DNA from: Nitrospinota bacterium
GTDB lineage: Bacteria; JADFOP01; DATKYB01
Direction: 5' to 3'
NCBI GenBank assembly: GCA_035528715.1
Contig: DATKYB010000054.1
Location: 131 to 64,130, forward strand
Length of the DNA stretch: 64,000 nucleotides
Shown: positions 1 to 8,793 of the stretch, piece after piece
Position numbering within the stretch: the first letter of the stretch is position 1
How the letters are laid out: each line of letters opens with the position of its first letter
The notes under the pieces: model-generated
The model's database searches: none
Told to the model about the DNA's origin: nothing
What the model saw: only the letters and a program-made list of their open reading frames with translations
Translations under genes and position numbers: made by a program

Positions 1-106
1 TTTTCAATTTCTGTTGTAGATTATTTTGAATTTGATATAATATTAGATGCCAAAAAGGTTATTTTATATATGTTACCAAATATTGGAAATAATATCAAGG
101 ATTAAT

Positions 107-322
107 ATGATCGGTGATAATGTAAAGAAATTTCGAAATAAAAAAGGTCTTACACAAGACCGTCTTGCAAGAAAAGCCGATATTCCCTACACTACTTTTA
201 CAAAGTCAGAATCCAACATTGTTAAGAAACCTTCTGTTCAGACAGTGGCGAAAATCGCCAAAGCGTTAGATGTTGGCATGGAGGAATTAATAAGACAAAC
301 TCTAGGCAAATGCAAAATTTAG
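107..322 (+). CDS. XRE-family helix-turn-helix transcriptional regulator. The ORF track starts at 47, but the ATG at 107 (MIGDNVKKF...) has AAGGA 7 nt upstream.
   Basis: N-terminal HTH_3 pattern (KKFRNKKGLTQDRLARKADIPYTTFTKSE...VQTVAKIAKALDV), about 70 aa, typical Cro/C1-type. Confidence 0.6.
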   Translation: MIGDNVKKFRNKKGLTQDRLARKADIPYTTFTKSESNIVKKPSVQTVAKIAKALDVGMEELIRQTLGKCKI

Positions 323-482
323 CAAAGATTTACAGCGATCCGAAAGAAAAATCGCCAGGACTACGAAAAATTTGAAGAAACTAGAGGGACATGGGAAATG
401 AATAAAAATAAGTACGGACTATTTAAAATTTTGACAGTAAAACGAAAATATTTGCTTAGGCGACATAAATTAAAACAAAGAT

Positions 483-1454
483 ATGGATAATAAAAGCCTT
501 TACGACAAAGAAACGGCCATAAAATTTTATGGAGACAGATATTCGCAAGGATATATGGATGAGTGGCCAGTTGAAAAAAAGCAAAGGGTATTTGAAATAA
601 TAAAGAATTTGCCTTTACCACCGATAGGGGATGCCTTAGATTTTGGTTGTGGAAATGGAGTTTTTACAGAAACTATAAAGCAAGCTCTTCCCAATTGGAA
701 TGTTTACGGTTGCGATATTAGCAAAGTTGCTATTAAAAACGCTACCAAAAGATTTCCTAATTGCAATTTTTTTATATCAAATAGTAATACTGTAAGTAAT
801 AGAAAATTTGATTTTTTATTTTCACACCATGTATTAGAACACGTATTTGACATAAGAAAAGCTATTGATGAAATGAACAATTATATAAAACAAAATTCAT
901 TTATGTTACATATATTACCTTGTGGCAATAAAAACAGTTTTGAATATAATGTTTGCAAAATGCGAAAAGATAGCATTAAATATGATATGGAAGGAAGATT
1001 TTTTTTTGAGGATGAGGGACATGTAAGAAGGCTCACTACAAATCAGTTAACCGAATATCTTGAAAAATATTCTTTTAAAATATTAAAAGATTATTACAGC
1101 AATCAATATTATGGTGCTATTAAGTGGATTAGTAGATGTGATAAAAATTTTATCTTTAATTTCGCTAACCCGTCAATGGCATTAAATGCTGGTTATTCGA
1201 AAGAATTAAAAAAGATAAAAATAAAATTACTTTTCGTGCATTTTTGCAATAATATAAGCTGTTCGGAATTTAGAAATCATTTGAGAAATACTTACTATGG
1301 AGGTAGGCAAATTATAATGGCAATCATCAAAATATGTTTCTACCCATTGGCAAGAGCTATATCATTTTATTATGATAATAAAGCAAATCAGGAATGGAAA
1401 GAACAAAAAGAGAAAAAGAATGGTAGTGAAATGTATGTTTTTTACAGGAGGTAA
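483..1454 (+). CDS. Class I SAM-dependent methyltransferase with an unusual C-terminal extension of about 120 aa
   Basis: Motif I LDFGCGNG and motif post-I/II (VYGCDIS ... FDFLFSHHVLEHV). The C-terminus after about aa 200 has no recognisable match. Confidence 0.7.
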   Translation: MDNKSLYDKETAIKFYGDRYSQGYMDEWPVEKKQRVFEIIKNLPLPPIGDALDFGCGNGVFTETIKQALPNWNVYGCDISKVAIKNATKRFPNCNFFISNSNTVSNRKFDFLFSHHVLEHVFDIRKAIDEMNNYIKQNSFMLHILPCGNKNSFEYNVCKMRKDSIKYDMEGRFFFEDEGHVRRLTTNQLTEYLEKYSFKILKDYYSNQYYGAIKWISRCDKNFIFNFANPSMALNAGYSKELKKIKIKLLFVHFCNNISCSEFRNHLRNTYYGGRQIIMAIIKICFYPLARAISFYYDNKANQEWKEQKEKKNGSEMYVFYRR

Positions 1455-1569
1455 AGAAAAAAATACATCTTTTTAGTATTGTATATATGACAATGCAGGC
1501 AGAAGAAAAGTTGCACGGCATATAATATTTTTCCATTAAACAAGAATTTTTGAAAAGCCACTTATTTTT

Positions 1570-1606
1570 AACCCTCTGCAAATAAATAGATTGCAGAGGG
1601 TTTTTT
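1570..1606 (+). terminator. Rho-independent terminator downstream of the methyltransferase gene
   Basis: 12-bp perfect stem AACCCTCTGCAA/TTGCAGAGGGTT with a 9-nt loop, followed by TTTTTT. Confidence 0.6.
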
Positions 1607-1666
1607 ATTATAATATAATACTTCGGTTTTGACCTTAGTCGTCCAAAAAGGGCCGATATAATATAT

Positions 1667-1703
1667 GAGAAAACCCTTTGGCGACTTTGTCATAGGGTTT
1701 TCT
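1667..1703. repeat. Copy 1 of a 37-bp hairpin-containing direct repeat (GAGAAAACCCTTTG...GGGTTTTCT), upstream of the GC-rich dehydrogenase gene
   Basis: 30/37 identical to the copy at 3508..3544. The first 14 and last 10 nt are identical. Internal inverted repeat AAACCCT/AGGGTTT. Confidence 0.55.
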
Positions 1704-1789
1704 GTATGTTTATATACTTGAATCCAGCGAGAATCTATGTCTGGAACTTATTAATCGATGCCTAAATGGCAATAAAGGGAGGAGATAAG

Positions 1790-3421
1790 ATGTTCAATGG
1801 TATCTTTCATATCCGAAAGCCTCAAAATGAACCTGTGCTTAGCTACGCCCCTAGCAGCAAAGAACGTAGCGAACTAAAAGCCAAGCTCAAGGAGATGCTT
1901 GAAAATCCGGTCGAAGTCCCCTGTATCATTGGTGGAAAGGAAGTATTAACAGGCGACCTTGTCGAAATGAGAACACCTCATAACCACAACCAGATTCTTG
2001 GTCGCTATCATCGCGCCAGTGCCAAGCAGGCCGAGATGGCAATTGCCGCTGCAAACGAGGCGAAGTATGCATGGAGTGAGATGCAGTGGTCTTCACGGGC
2101 AACCGTATTGCTCAAAGCCGCAGAGCTTCTGGCTGACAAGTACCGTCAGACTCTCAATGCGGCAACTATGCTCTGCATGAGCAAAACATGCCACCAAGCG
2201 GAGATCGATTCTGCATGCGAGCTGATCGATTTCTGGCGCTTCAATCCCTACTTCATGACAGAGATCTACGATGACCAGCCGATTTCCACAAAGGAGGTCC
2301 TAAACTACATGGAACACCGCCCACTTGAGGGTTTTGTATTCGCGGTCTCCCCTTTCAACTTTACATCGATTGCAGGTAACCTCCCTACCTCACCGGCTCT
2401 TATGGGAAATGCTGTTGTCTGGAAGCCATCATCAGCGGCAGTACTCCCAGCGTATTATATCATGAAGGTGCTGAAAGAGGCCGGAATGCCCGATGGCATT
2501 ATTAATTTGATTCCCGGACCAGGCCCGGTTATCGGCCCGCCCGTGCTCAACCATCTAGACCTTGGTGGTGTTCATTTCACTGGTTCGACCTATGTATTTT
2601 CGACCATCTGGCTGGCCATTGGCTCTGATATACGTAAATACTACTCCTATCCTCGGATTGTTGGAGAGACAGGCGGCAAGGACTTTATTTTTGCTCACAC
2701 CTCTGCCAACGTGGACGCCCTTGTCACTGGCATTGTACGCGGAGCCTTTGAGTATCAGGGCCAGAAGTGCTCGGCTGCCAGCCGAATTTATATCCCTGCC
2801 AGTATCTGGCCCAAAGTCAAGGAGCGGCTGCTCGATGAGGTTGCAACGATAAAGGTTGGGGACGTCTGCGACTTCAGCAACTTCATGAATGCTGTAATCA
2901 ACAGGAAGGCCTTTAAGAAAATCTCCGAGTATATAGAATTTGCAAAAAACGATCCTAACTTGGAGATACTCTGCGGTGGGACTTGCGACGACAATTTGGG
3001 ATACTTTATCCAGCCGACAGTTGTAGAAAGCAAAGACCCTCGCTCAAAACTGATGTGCGAGGAGATTTTTGGTCCGGTCATAACTGTCTACGTTTATCCA
3101 GATAAGCAATACGAAAAGATGCTTGAGCTTTGTGACAAGACCAGTCCTTATGCTCTTACAGGCGGCATCTATGCACAGGATAGATTCGCTATTGTGACGG
3201 CTGTCAAGGCGCTTAGAAACGCTGCGGGCAACTTCTATATCAATGACAAGCCAACCGGAGCTGTTGTTGGGCAGCAGCCTTTTGGCGGAGCGCGCGCCTC
3301 AGGCACCAACGATAAGGCTGGGAGCTGGTTGAATCTCGAACGCTGGATCTCCACTCGTGCCATTAAAGAGACCTTTATACCACCGACTGACTACCGTTAT
3401 CCGTTTATGGAAGAAAAGTAA
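1790..3421 (+). CDS. L-glutamate gamma-semialdehyde (1-pyrroline-5-carboxylate) dehydrogenase, ALDH4 type
   Basis: ALDH superfamily motifs: catalytic Cys in GQKCSAASR and Glu in ETGGKD. The N-terminal block NEPVLSYAPSSKERSELKAKLKEM...VPCIIGGKEV is typical of ALDH4A1-like P5C dehydrogenases. GGGAGGAG SD precedes the ATG at 1790; the track ORF starts at 1766. Local GC is far above the neighbouring sequence. Confidence 0.8.
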   Translation: MFNGIFHIRKPQNEPVLSYAPSSKERSELKAKLKEMLENPVEVPCIIGGKEVLTGDLVEMRTPHNHNQILGRYHRASAKQAEMAIAAANEAKYAWSEMQWSSRATVLLKAAELLADKYRQTLNAATMLCMSKTCHQAEIDSACELIDFWRFNPYFMTEIYDDQPISTKEVLNYMEHRPLEGFVFAVSPFNFTSIAGNLPTSPALMGNAVVWKPSSAAVLPAYYIMKVLKEAGMPDGIINLIPGPGPVIGPPVLNHLDLGGVHFTGSTYVFSTIWLAIGSDIRKYYSYPRIVGETGGKDFIFAHTSANVDALVTGIVRGAFEYQGQKCSAASRIYIPASIWPKVKERLLDEVATIKVGDVCDFSNFMNAVINRKAFKKISEYIEFAKNDPNLEILCGGTCDDNLGYFIQPTVVESKDPRSKLMCEEIFGPVITVYVYPDKQYEKMLELCDKTSPYALTGGIYAQDRFAIVTAVKALRNAAGNFYINDKPTGAVVGQQPFGGARASGTNDKAGSWLNLERWISTRAIKETFIPPTDYRYPFMEEK

Positions 3422-3507
3422 TACTAGGAACTCGTCTTGATTAGCAATCAAAGAGGTAAGATTTAGAGTTAAAATTATATTTTATATTTATTTGGGTCGC
3501 CATAAAA

Positions 3508-3544
3508 GAGAAAACCCTTTGCCAGTCATGTCAAAGGGTTTTCT
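3508..3544. repeat. Copy 2 of the 37-bp hairpin-containing direct repeat, downstream of the dehydrogenase gene. It probably also acts as that gene's terminator: 10-bp stem followed by TTTTCTTTT.
   Basis: AAACCCTTTG/CAAAGGGTTT stem; 30/37 identity with 1667..1703. Confidence 0.55.
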
Positions 3545-3628
3545 TTTATAGAAAAATTAGTAGCTCAAGAGGCATTGTTTGAATGATGAAATCTTTGAGA
3601 TAATATTAATTATAAATAGGGGGTTAGG

Positions 3629-3751
3629 ATGAAAGAAATAACAAAAGAGGATGGAAAACGTTATTTTACATGTGAAGAATGTGGTCTTTTATATAATAAA
3701 AAGGAATGGGCTTTGAAGTGCGAGGCATGGTGCTCGACTCATGATAGCTGA
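3629..3751 (+). CDS. Small (40 aa) zinc-ribbon-like protein: MKEITKEDGKRYFTCEECGLLYNKKEWALKCEAWCSTHDS
   Basis: Below the ORF-track size cutoff. Strong SD (AGGGGGTTAGG) immediately upstream of the ATG. CxxC ... C...C cysteine pattern. Confidence 0.4.
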   Translation: MKEITKEDGKRYFTCEECGLLYNKKEWALKCEAWCSTHDS

Positions 3752-3822
3752 AATTTGGCTATCACGCAGTATGCGGTGAAACCAAACATAAAGTAAAATT
3801 AAGGTTAGATTGTCTCTTTTAG

Positions 3823-4818
3823 TTATTTTTCAGTAATCGATTCTTCTATTTTTTGACCGAAATGTCGTCCGGCTTCTTCTACATAACCCAGAACTTCATC
3901 TCCAGGTTTCAAGTTAACAACTGAGACCGCTTTTCCACCAGGTTTTGTTAATCTGATGGTTTCAGCATTCTGCATGATTAATGAAATAGGGCTGTTTTCG
4001 TATTCTGCTTTGATTAAAATCATAGGACGTTTTTCGATTTTTGCCCTGCCAAGATTAGTTGTATAGGTCGTGCCATCATGATTAACTATTAACAGTTCAT
4101 CACCTGTTTCCAAATCGGTCAGATATTTGGTTTTATTATCAGGAAGTTTTAAGTAGGCATGGACAGCACTTGCATTTACCCTAAATGGCCTTGGCTCGCA
4201 GTAAGGTGTTTGTAAAGATTCTGAGTGAACTAATAAATATCCTGATGAAGTATCACCTACAAGCATGCCTGCTCCTTTACCCATATTTGTGGTTGTATCA
4301 ATACAAACTCTGTCAGCGAGGCCCAACTGTTTTATTTCTACAATTTTTGCTTTGATTAAATTGATTTTTTCTGAGGTTTGAAAAACCACTTTTGACACTT
4401 TCTTTAATTCATTTATGTTTCTTGTCTTTAAAACAACGCCGGCAACACCCTTTTCTAAAATATTTAATGCTATCTCTGCTTCTTTTGAATTTTTGACATA
4501 ACAATAAACGTTTTCTGGATTTGATGCTATCAGGTCTTCTAAGGGGATAATTTTCCAATCTGAAATTTTAGCAATCATTGGCACCTTTTTTACTTTGTCC
4601 ATCGCTTTTTTTTCATCTTCTTTATTATTGATCTCCTGGACTAAAATATCTTTGCCCAATCTGATGTCACCCTTTTGAGAAATGACTTTTATCAACCCCA
4701 ATTTTTTTATCTTTTTGACATCTGTGTCATTGCAAAGGAGTGCATCTGCACCGGATTCTATTGCAGTTGTGACAATCTTTTTATCATAATCAGTTACATC
4801 GACATAAAATTTCTTCAT
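3823..4818 (-). CDS. 3-dehydroquinate synthase II (archaeal-type DHQ synthase, AroB-prime)
   Basis: About 330 aa; its sequence matches the family that works with ADH synthase. Start codon lies 3 nt after the upstream gene's stop, so the two are translationally coupled. Confidence 0.8.
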   Translation of the reverse strand: MKKFYVDVTDYDKKIVTTAIESGADALLCNDTDVKKIKKLGLIKVISQKGDIRLGKDILVQEINNKEDEKKAMDKVKKVPMIAKISDWKIIPLEDLIASNPENVYCYVKNSKEAEIALNILEKGVAGVVLKTRNINELKKVSKVVFQTSEKINLIKAKIVEIKQLGLADRVCIDTTTNMGKGAGMLVGDTSSGYLLVHSESLQTPYCEPRPFRVNASAVHAYLKLPDNKTKYLTDLETGDELLIVNHDGTTYTTNLGRAKIEKRPMILIKAEYENSPISLIMQNAETIRLTKPGGKAVSVVNLKPGDEVLGYVEEAGRHFGQKIEESITEK

Positions 4819-4821
4819 CGC

Positions 4822-5616
4822 TTATCTCTTTTTAAGTAGCTCTAAGGCTTCTTTGGCACTTATTCCTTTATGAACCATCTCGCAGGCTGCTTTTACAAAT
4901 TTCACTGGGTCTTCATGCTGAAAAGCATTTCTCCCCATTGATAACCCAGCAGCCCCTGCCTTCATTGCACCCTCAATCATCTTCAGAGTCTCTTCATCTG
5001 ACAATTTCGAACCCCCTGCTATGACAACGGGTACGGGGCAGCCTTCGACAACCTCCTTAAAGGTTTCAGGACTGCCTGTATAAGGACATTTAATAATGTC
5101 TGCACCCAATTCCACACCAACACGTGCAACATGTTTTACAGCATCAACATCATTTTCATTCTGAATCTTCTTGCCTCTGGGATACATCATGGCAAGCAAA
5201 GGCATACCCCATTCCATGCATTCAATAGAAACCTTACCAAGATCTCTTAGCATCCGGGCTTCGTCCTCTGCTCCAATATTGATATGTACAGAAACAGCAT
5301 CAGCGCCCATCTTTATAGCTCGCTGTACATTATTGACAAGAACTTTATAATTAGGGTCTGGCCCCAGAGACGTTGATGCAGACAGGTGAAGTATCAGCCC
5401 AATATCTTTACCTGTGCCTCTGTGACCATGTAACGCCATTCCTACATGTAAGACTACTGCATTCACACCGCCTTCAGCTATCAAATTGATAGTTTTTGGC
5501 ATATCAATAAGACCTTTTATCGGACCAACGGTAACGCCATGGTCCATTGGAACAATTACGATTTTCTTGGTATTCCGGTTTATGATTCTTTCAAGTCTTA
5601 TTAATTTTCCAATCAT
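4822..5616 (-). CDS. 2-amino-3,7-dideoxy-D-threo-hept-6-ulosonate synthase (AroA-prime), class I aldolase (DhnA) family
   Basis: 264 aa DhnA-type class I aldolase fold (VPMDHG... [10 protein letters not shown]...). Adjacent to and co-directional with DHQ synthase II, the canonical pairing of the alternative DHQ pathway. Confidence 0.8.
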   Translation of the reverse strand: MIGKLIRLERIINRNTKKIVIVPMDHGVTVGPIKGLIDMPKTINLIAEGGVNAVVLHVGMALHGHRGTGKDIGLILHLSASTSLGPDPNYKVLVNNVQRAIKMGADAVSVHINIGAEDEARMLRDLGKVSIECMEWGMPLLAMMYPRGKKIQNENDVDAVKHVARVGVELGADIIKCPYTGSPETFKEVVEGCPVPVVIAGGSKLSDEETLKMIEGAMKAGAAGLSMGRNAFQHEDPVKFVKAACEMVHKGISAKEALELLKKR

Positions 5617-5670
5617 TTTATTACCTCCATTTTACTTAAAAATATTTATTAGAACTACTCTCATATTGTT

Positions 5671-5708
5671 ATAATCTTATAGAAATTTTAATCTTAAAAT
5701 AAGATTAT
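5671..5708. promoter_or_regulatory. Nested palindromes ATAATCTTAT-N9-AATCTTAAAATAAGATTAT in the divergent intergenic region between the aroA-prime operon and the VOC gene. Candidate operator.
   Basis: ATAATCTTAT at 5671-5680 is the exact reverse complement of ATAAGATTAT at 5699-5708. The inner AATCTTA-AAA-TAAGATT is itself a perfect palindrome. Confidence 0.3.
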
Positions 5709-5856
5709 GATAAATTTTAGTGGAACGCAAGTCAAATAAATTTTGCTAATTGAATTTTTTTAAAAGAGATATTAGATTAATATAAAATTTTATAAAAAAG
5801 TTTGTTCATATAAAGAAATCATATTAACTTAACCTTAAAAGAAAGGAGGGTTTGTT

Positions 5857-6444
5857 ATGATTAAATTTAATGGAATCAATCATCTGGCTATGGTTACTGG
5901 AGATATGGATAAGACGATTCGATTTTGGAGGGACTTGCTGGGTATGCGCCTGGTGGCTGGTCTTGGAAAACGCGGATATAGGCATTACTTTTTTGAAATC
6001 TCTGAAAATGATCTCATTGCATTTTTTGAATGGCCAGGCATAGAACCTGTGGAGCCTAAGGATCACGGACGACCAGTTACTGGTCCATTTATTTTCGATC
6101 ACATCTCCTTTGGAGTAGAAACCGAGGAGGAACTCTGGCAGCTAAAGGATAATCTATCAACTGCTGGTTTTGAGGTATCAAACATGATCGATCACGGATT
6201 CATCCACTCCATCTATGCCCACGATCCTAATGGTATCCCCATTGAGTTCAGCTGGAATGTTGAAGGCATCAATATCCGAAAGACGCCTAGGATGGTGGAT
6301 GACCAACCCTCCAACGTCACTCAAGAAGGTTCAGAGCCTCAATTAAAAAAATGGCCAAAAGTCAAAATACCTACACCTCCAGAAAAGCGAACTGTATATC
6401 CTGGAGCTGGAAGTGAACTCTTCCATGGAGTTAAAAAGTCTTAA
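5857..6444 (+). CDS. VOC family protein (glyoxalase, bleomycin resistance or dioxygenase fold)
   Basis: N-terminal INHLAMVTGDMDKTIRFWRDLLGM... glyoxalase-type beta-alpha-beta-beta-beta module. AAAGGAGGG SD 7 nt upstream. Confidence 0.8.
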   Translation: MIKFNGINHLAMVTGDMDKTIRFWRDLLGMRLVAGLGKRGYRHYFFEISENDLIAFFEWPGIEPVEPKDHGRPVTGPFIFDHISFGVETEEELWQLKDNLSTAGFEVSNMIDHGFIHSIYAHDPNGIPIEFSWNVEGINIRKTPRMVDDQPSNVTQEGSEPQLKKWPKVKIPTPPEKRTVYPGAGSELFHGVKKS

Positions 6445-6451
6445 TAAGAAA

Positions 6452-7212
6452 TTACCTTTCAGCTACAATCCATAGAAAATCTCTAAATGGAGGGGAGACA
6501 AATAGCAGTGGGGAAATGAGAAATTTCGAAAAAACCTTTTTTGGATTATCTTTCCAACAATTACCCTCCCTGATAAATCCTGAGGATTGTATTTTAAATC
6601 CCGTTTGAGAAACAAGCTCTCTTAATTCCTTCATGGTGTACAATCTATTATGTCGGTAAAAGAAACTCATCCCTTTGTAGTAAATGGGCTCTTGATAATA
6701 TGAATCCAAATCAGGATAGAGGTTATAACCTAACAATAGTTTAAAAAGATTAATCAAGCGAAGAGCATTAGGAGTTGTGATAATTAATCTTCCACCCTTT
6801 TTTAAAACTCTTTTTATTTTTCTTAAAGGAATAAGGGGGGAATAGTTGAAGTGCTCTACAATTTCTCCAAGAAAAACCACATCAAAAACCTCTTCTCCAA
6901 AAGGCAAATTATCAATTTCAATATTCAATTGGAAGAAAGGCACCCCCATCTCTTTACAGTGAATTTTGGGTATATCTCCATAAAAAAATCTACCCCAAAA
7001 ACCTTAAAGCCATGAATCTTAAGAAATTTTGTTTGATAACAGAAACCGCAACCTATATCCAGAATTTTAGATGAGGAAGATAAAGGTAATGCAAGCTCTA
7101 TCATTTTAAGGTATCTTTTTTTATTTTGCTCGAGATGTAGAAAATTAAAATTTTCTCCTTCTAATTCTAAATAAGCTTGTTTTAATTTTTGAGAGAGTAA
7201 ATTCTTTTTCAT
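6452..7212 (-). pseudogene. Class I SAM-dependent methyltransferase split by a frameshift into two ORFs (6925..7212 N-terminal part, 6452..6949 C-terminal part)
   Basis: The N-terminal ORF carries motif I (ILDIGCGFCY...FKVFGVDF). The C-terminal ORF carries the downstream methyltransferase motifs (VPFFQLNIEIDNLPFGEEVFDVVFLGEIVEHF ... LKKGGRLIITTPN). The two frames overlap at 6925-6949, next to A7 and C4A5 homopolymers. Confidence 0.6.
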
Positions 7213-7218
7213 AATCCG

Positions 7219-7680
7219 TTACCATTGAATACCTTCTGATTTTAAATAATCCTGTGCTGAATGAAGGCCCAACTTAGCAGCAATTTTTAAATCTTTGATC
7301 GCCCGCTTTTGATTTCCAAGTCTTTGATAAACAAATCCCCGACTAACATAAGCCACCGTATCTCTTGGATTGAGTTTTATGACCTTATCATAATCTTCGA
7401 TGGCCTGCTGTAGTTTGCCAAGCCTTGCATAAGCTGCTCCTCGATCACTATACGCCACTGCATTCTTCGGATTGAGCTCTATGGCCTTATTGCAGTCGAT
7501 GATGACGTTTTGATGTTTACCAAGTCTTCCATAGGCAAGCCCTCGACCAATATAAGCATCTTCAAATTTGGGGTTCAGTTCTATGGCCTTGGTAAAGGCA
7601 TCTATTGCCTCTTCGTATTTGACAGAATCTATAAACTTATGTCCCTTCTTAAACCAAGCCATTGAATCCATGGGGATCAA
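7219..7680 (-). CDS. Tetratricopeptide-repeat (TPR) protein
   Basis: Four tandem 34-aa TPR units (AIELNPK..AY..RG.AY..LG). Ends 7 nt before the methyltransferase start, so the two are probably co-transcribed. Confidence 0.8.
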   Translation of the reverse strand: MIPMDSMAWFKKGHKFIDSVKYEEAIDAFTKAIELNPKFEDAYIGRGLAYGRLGKHQNVIIDCNKAIELNPKNAVAYSDRGAAYARLGKLQQAIEDYDKVIKLNPRDTVAYVSRGFVYQRLGNQKRAIKDLKIAAKLGLHSAQDYLKSEGIQW

Positions 7681-7998
7681 TTCTCTTAAATTATTTAACT
7701 TATTATATTTTTTTAACCAAAAAGATTACCTTATTTACTCTCTTTATAACCAAATCTAATAATTTATTTTTAGCTTTTGAATGTTAAAAAAAATAAGAAT
7801 AACAAGAATCTAAGCTAAAGTTTTCTGGATTATCAATTGAAAATTAAATCACAGTGCGAACCCAATTTAACTACTTTTTACTAAAAATAAAGGATTTCGT
7901 CAATAATTCTATGCAATCTATGTAATAAATATAAGTGAATATAAGTGCTTTGACAAATTGTTCTCATTAAACCATTATATTCTTCAAAACTATTCTCC

Positions 7999-8027
7999 TT
8001 GACATATGAAAGTCTTCATTTTATATT
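7999..8027 (+). promoter_or_regulatory. Sigma70-type promoter TTGACA-N17-TATATT for the SH3b gene
   Basis: Exact -35 hexamer, 17-nt spacer, TATATT -10, about 60 nt upstream of the start codon. Confidence 0.5.
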
Positions 8028-8089
8028 GCCTTCAATAAAGCCACTGTGAATGGATTTCCCGGGAAGTTTAAATAGAAGGTAGATAAAAC

Positions 8090-8767
8090 ATGAAGAGACT
8101 TTTATCCATCTCAGCTATTATTTTGGTCCTATGCTTGATGTGGCAATCAAGTTGGGCCACTAATGCCTATATAACAGATTTTTTAAAAGTAACCCTGCGT
8201 ACCGGACCTAGTACTGAAAATAAAATCATTGCAGTACTTTATTCTGGCCAAATTGTAGAAGTCCTTAATTCAGAAGGCGACTGGAGTTATGTACGCCTTT
8301 TGGAAGGTGGGATGAGCGAGAAAGAAGGCTGGATGCTAAGTCAGTATCTGATAACCCGTCAGCCATGGGAATTGATAGCCAAATCCTTAAAGAAGGAAAA
8401 TACCCTCCTCAAAGAAAACGAAAAGAAATTAACTCAAGCGCTTAATCAACAAAAAGATCTCAGAATAAAGCTTCAAGACAATACAGAAGCATTTAATAAG
8501 TTAAAAAAGGAATATGAATCTCTAAGTAAAGGTTCTACTGGCTATTTGAAGCTGAAAGAAAAATACGATAAGGCTCAATCTATATTGGAAACTGCCCAAA
8601 AAGATGTTCAAAGGCTGACAGAGGAAAACAAAAAATTGGAATCCTTGCAAAGTCATAAATGGTTTTTAACAGGAGCTCTTGTGCTTCTCAGCGGGTTGAT
8701 AATCGGTTTGCTGATAGGACGTAAGCAAAAGAAACGCAAAACACCATTCTATTCAATCCCCGGTTGA
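8090..8767 (+). CDS. SH3b domain protein with signal peptide, coiled coil and C-terminal transmembrane anchor (TIGR04211-like architecture)
   Basis: N-terminal signal peptide; SH3b-like segment (YITDFLKVTLRTGPSTENKIIAVLYSGQIVEVL...DWSYVRL); long heptad-rich region; C-terminal hydrophobic helix followed by KQKKRK. Confidence 0.75.
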   Translation: MKRLLSISAIILVLCLMWQSSWATNAYITDFLKVTLRTGPSTENKIIAVLYSGQIVEVLNSEGDWSYVRLLEGGMSEKEGWMLSQYLITRQPWELIAKSLKKENTLLKENEKKLTQALNQQKDLRIKLQDNTEAFNKLKKEYESLSKGSTGYLKLKEKYDKAQSILETAQKDVQRLTEENKKLESLQSHKWFLTGALVLLSGLIIGLLIGRKQKKRKTPFYSIPG

Positions 8768-8793
8768 CAGAAGTTATAAAAAATCCTGAATCT

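Noticed and set aside
361-621. Antisense 86-aa ORF overlapping the start of the methyltransferase gene. The same applies to many other 60-140 aa ORFs in the track that lie inside, and antisense to, homology-supported genes, for example 1357..1581, 1998..2180, 2562..2852, 2788..3081, 5486..5674, 5824..6102, 9748..9948, 10962..11180, 11859..12233, 13641..15609, 16452..16849, 21431..23244, 23861..24343, 42399..42999, 46139..46989 and 52677..53762.
   Set aside because: All overlap strong, family-recognisable ORFs on the opposite strand. They have low-complexity hydrophobic or Ser-rich translations typical of AT-rich antisense frames, and no SD.
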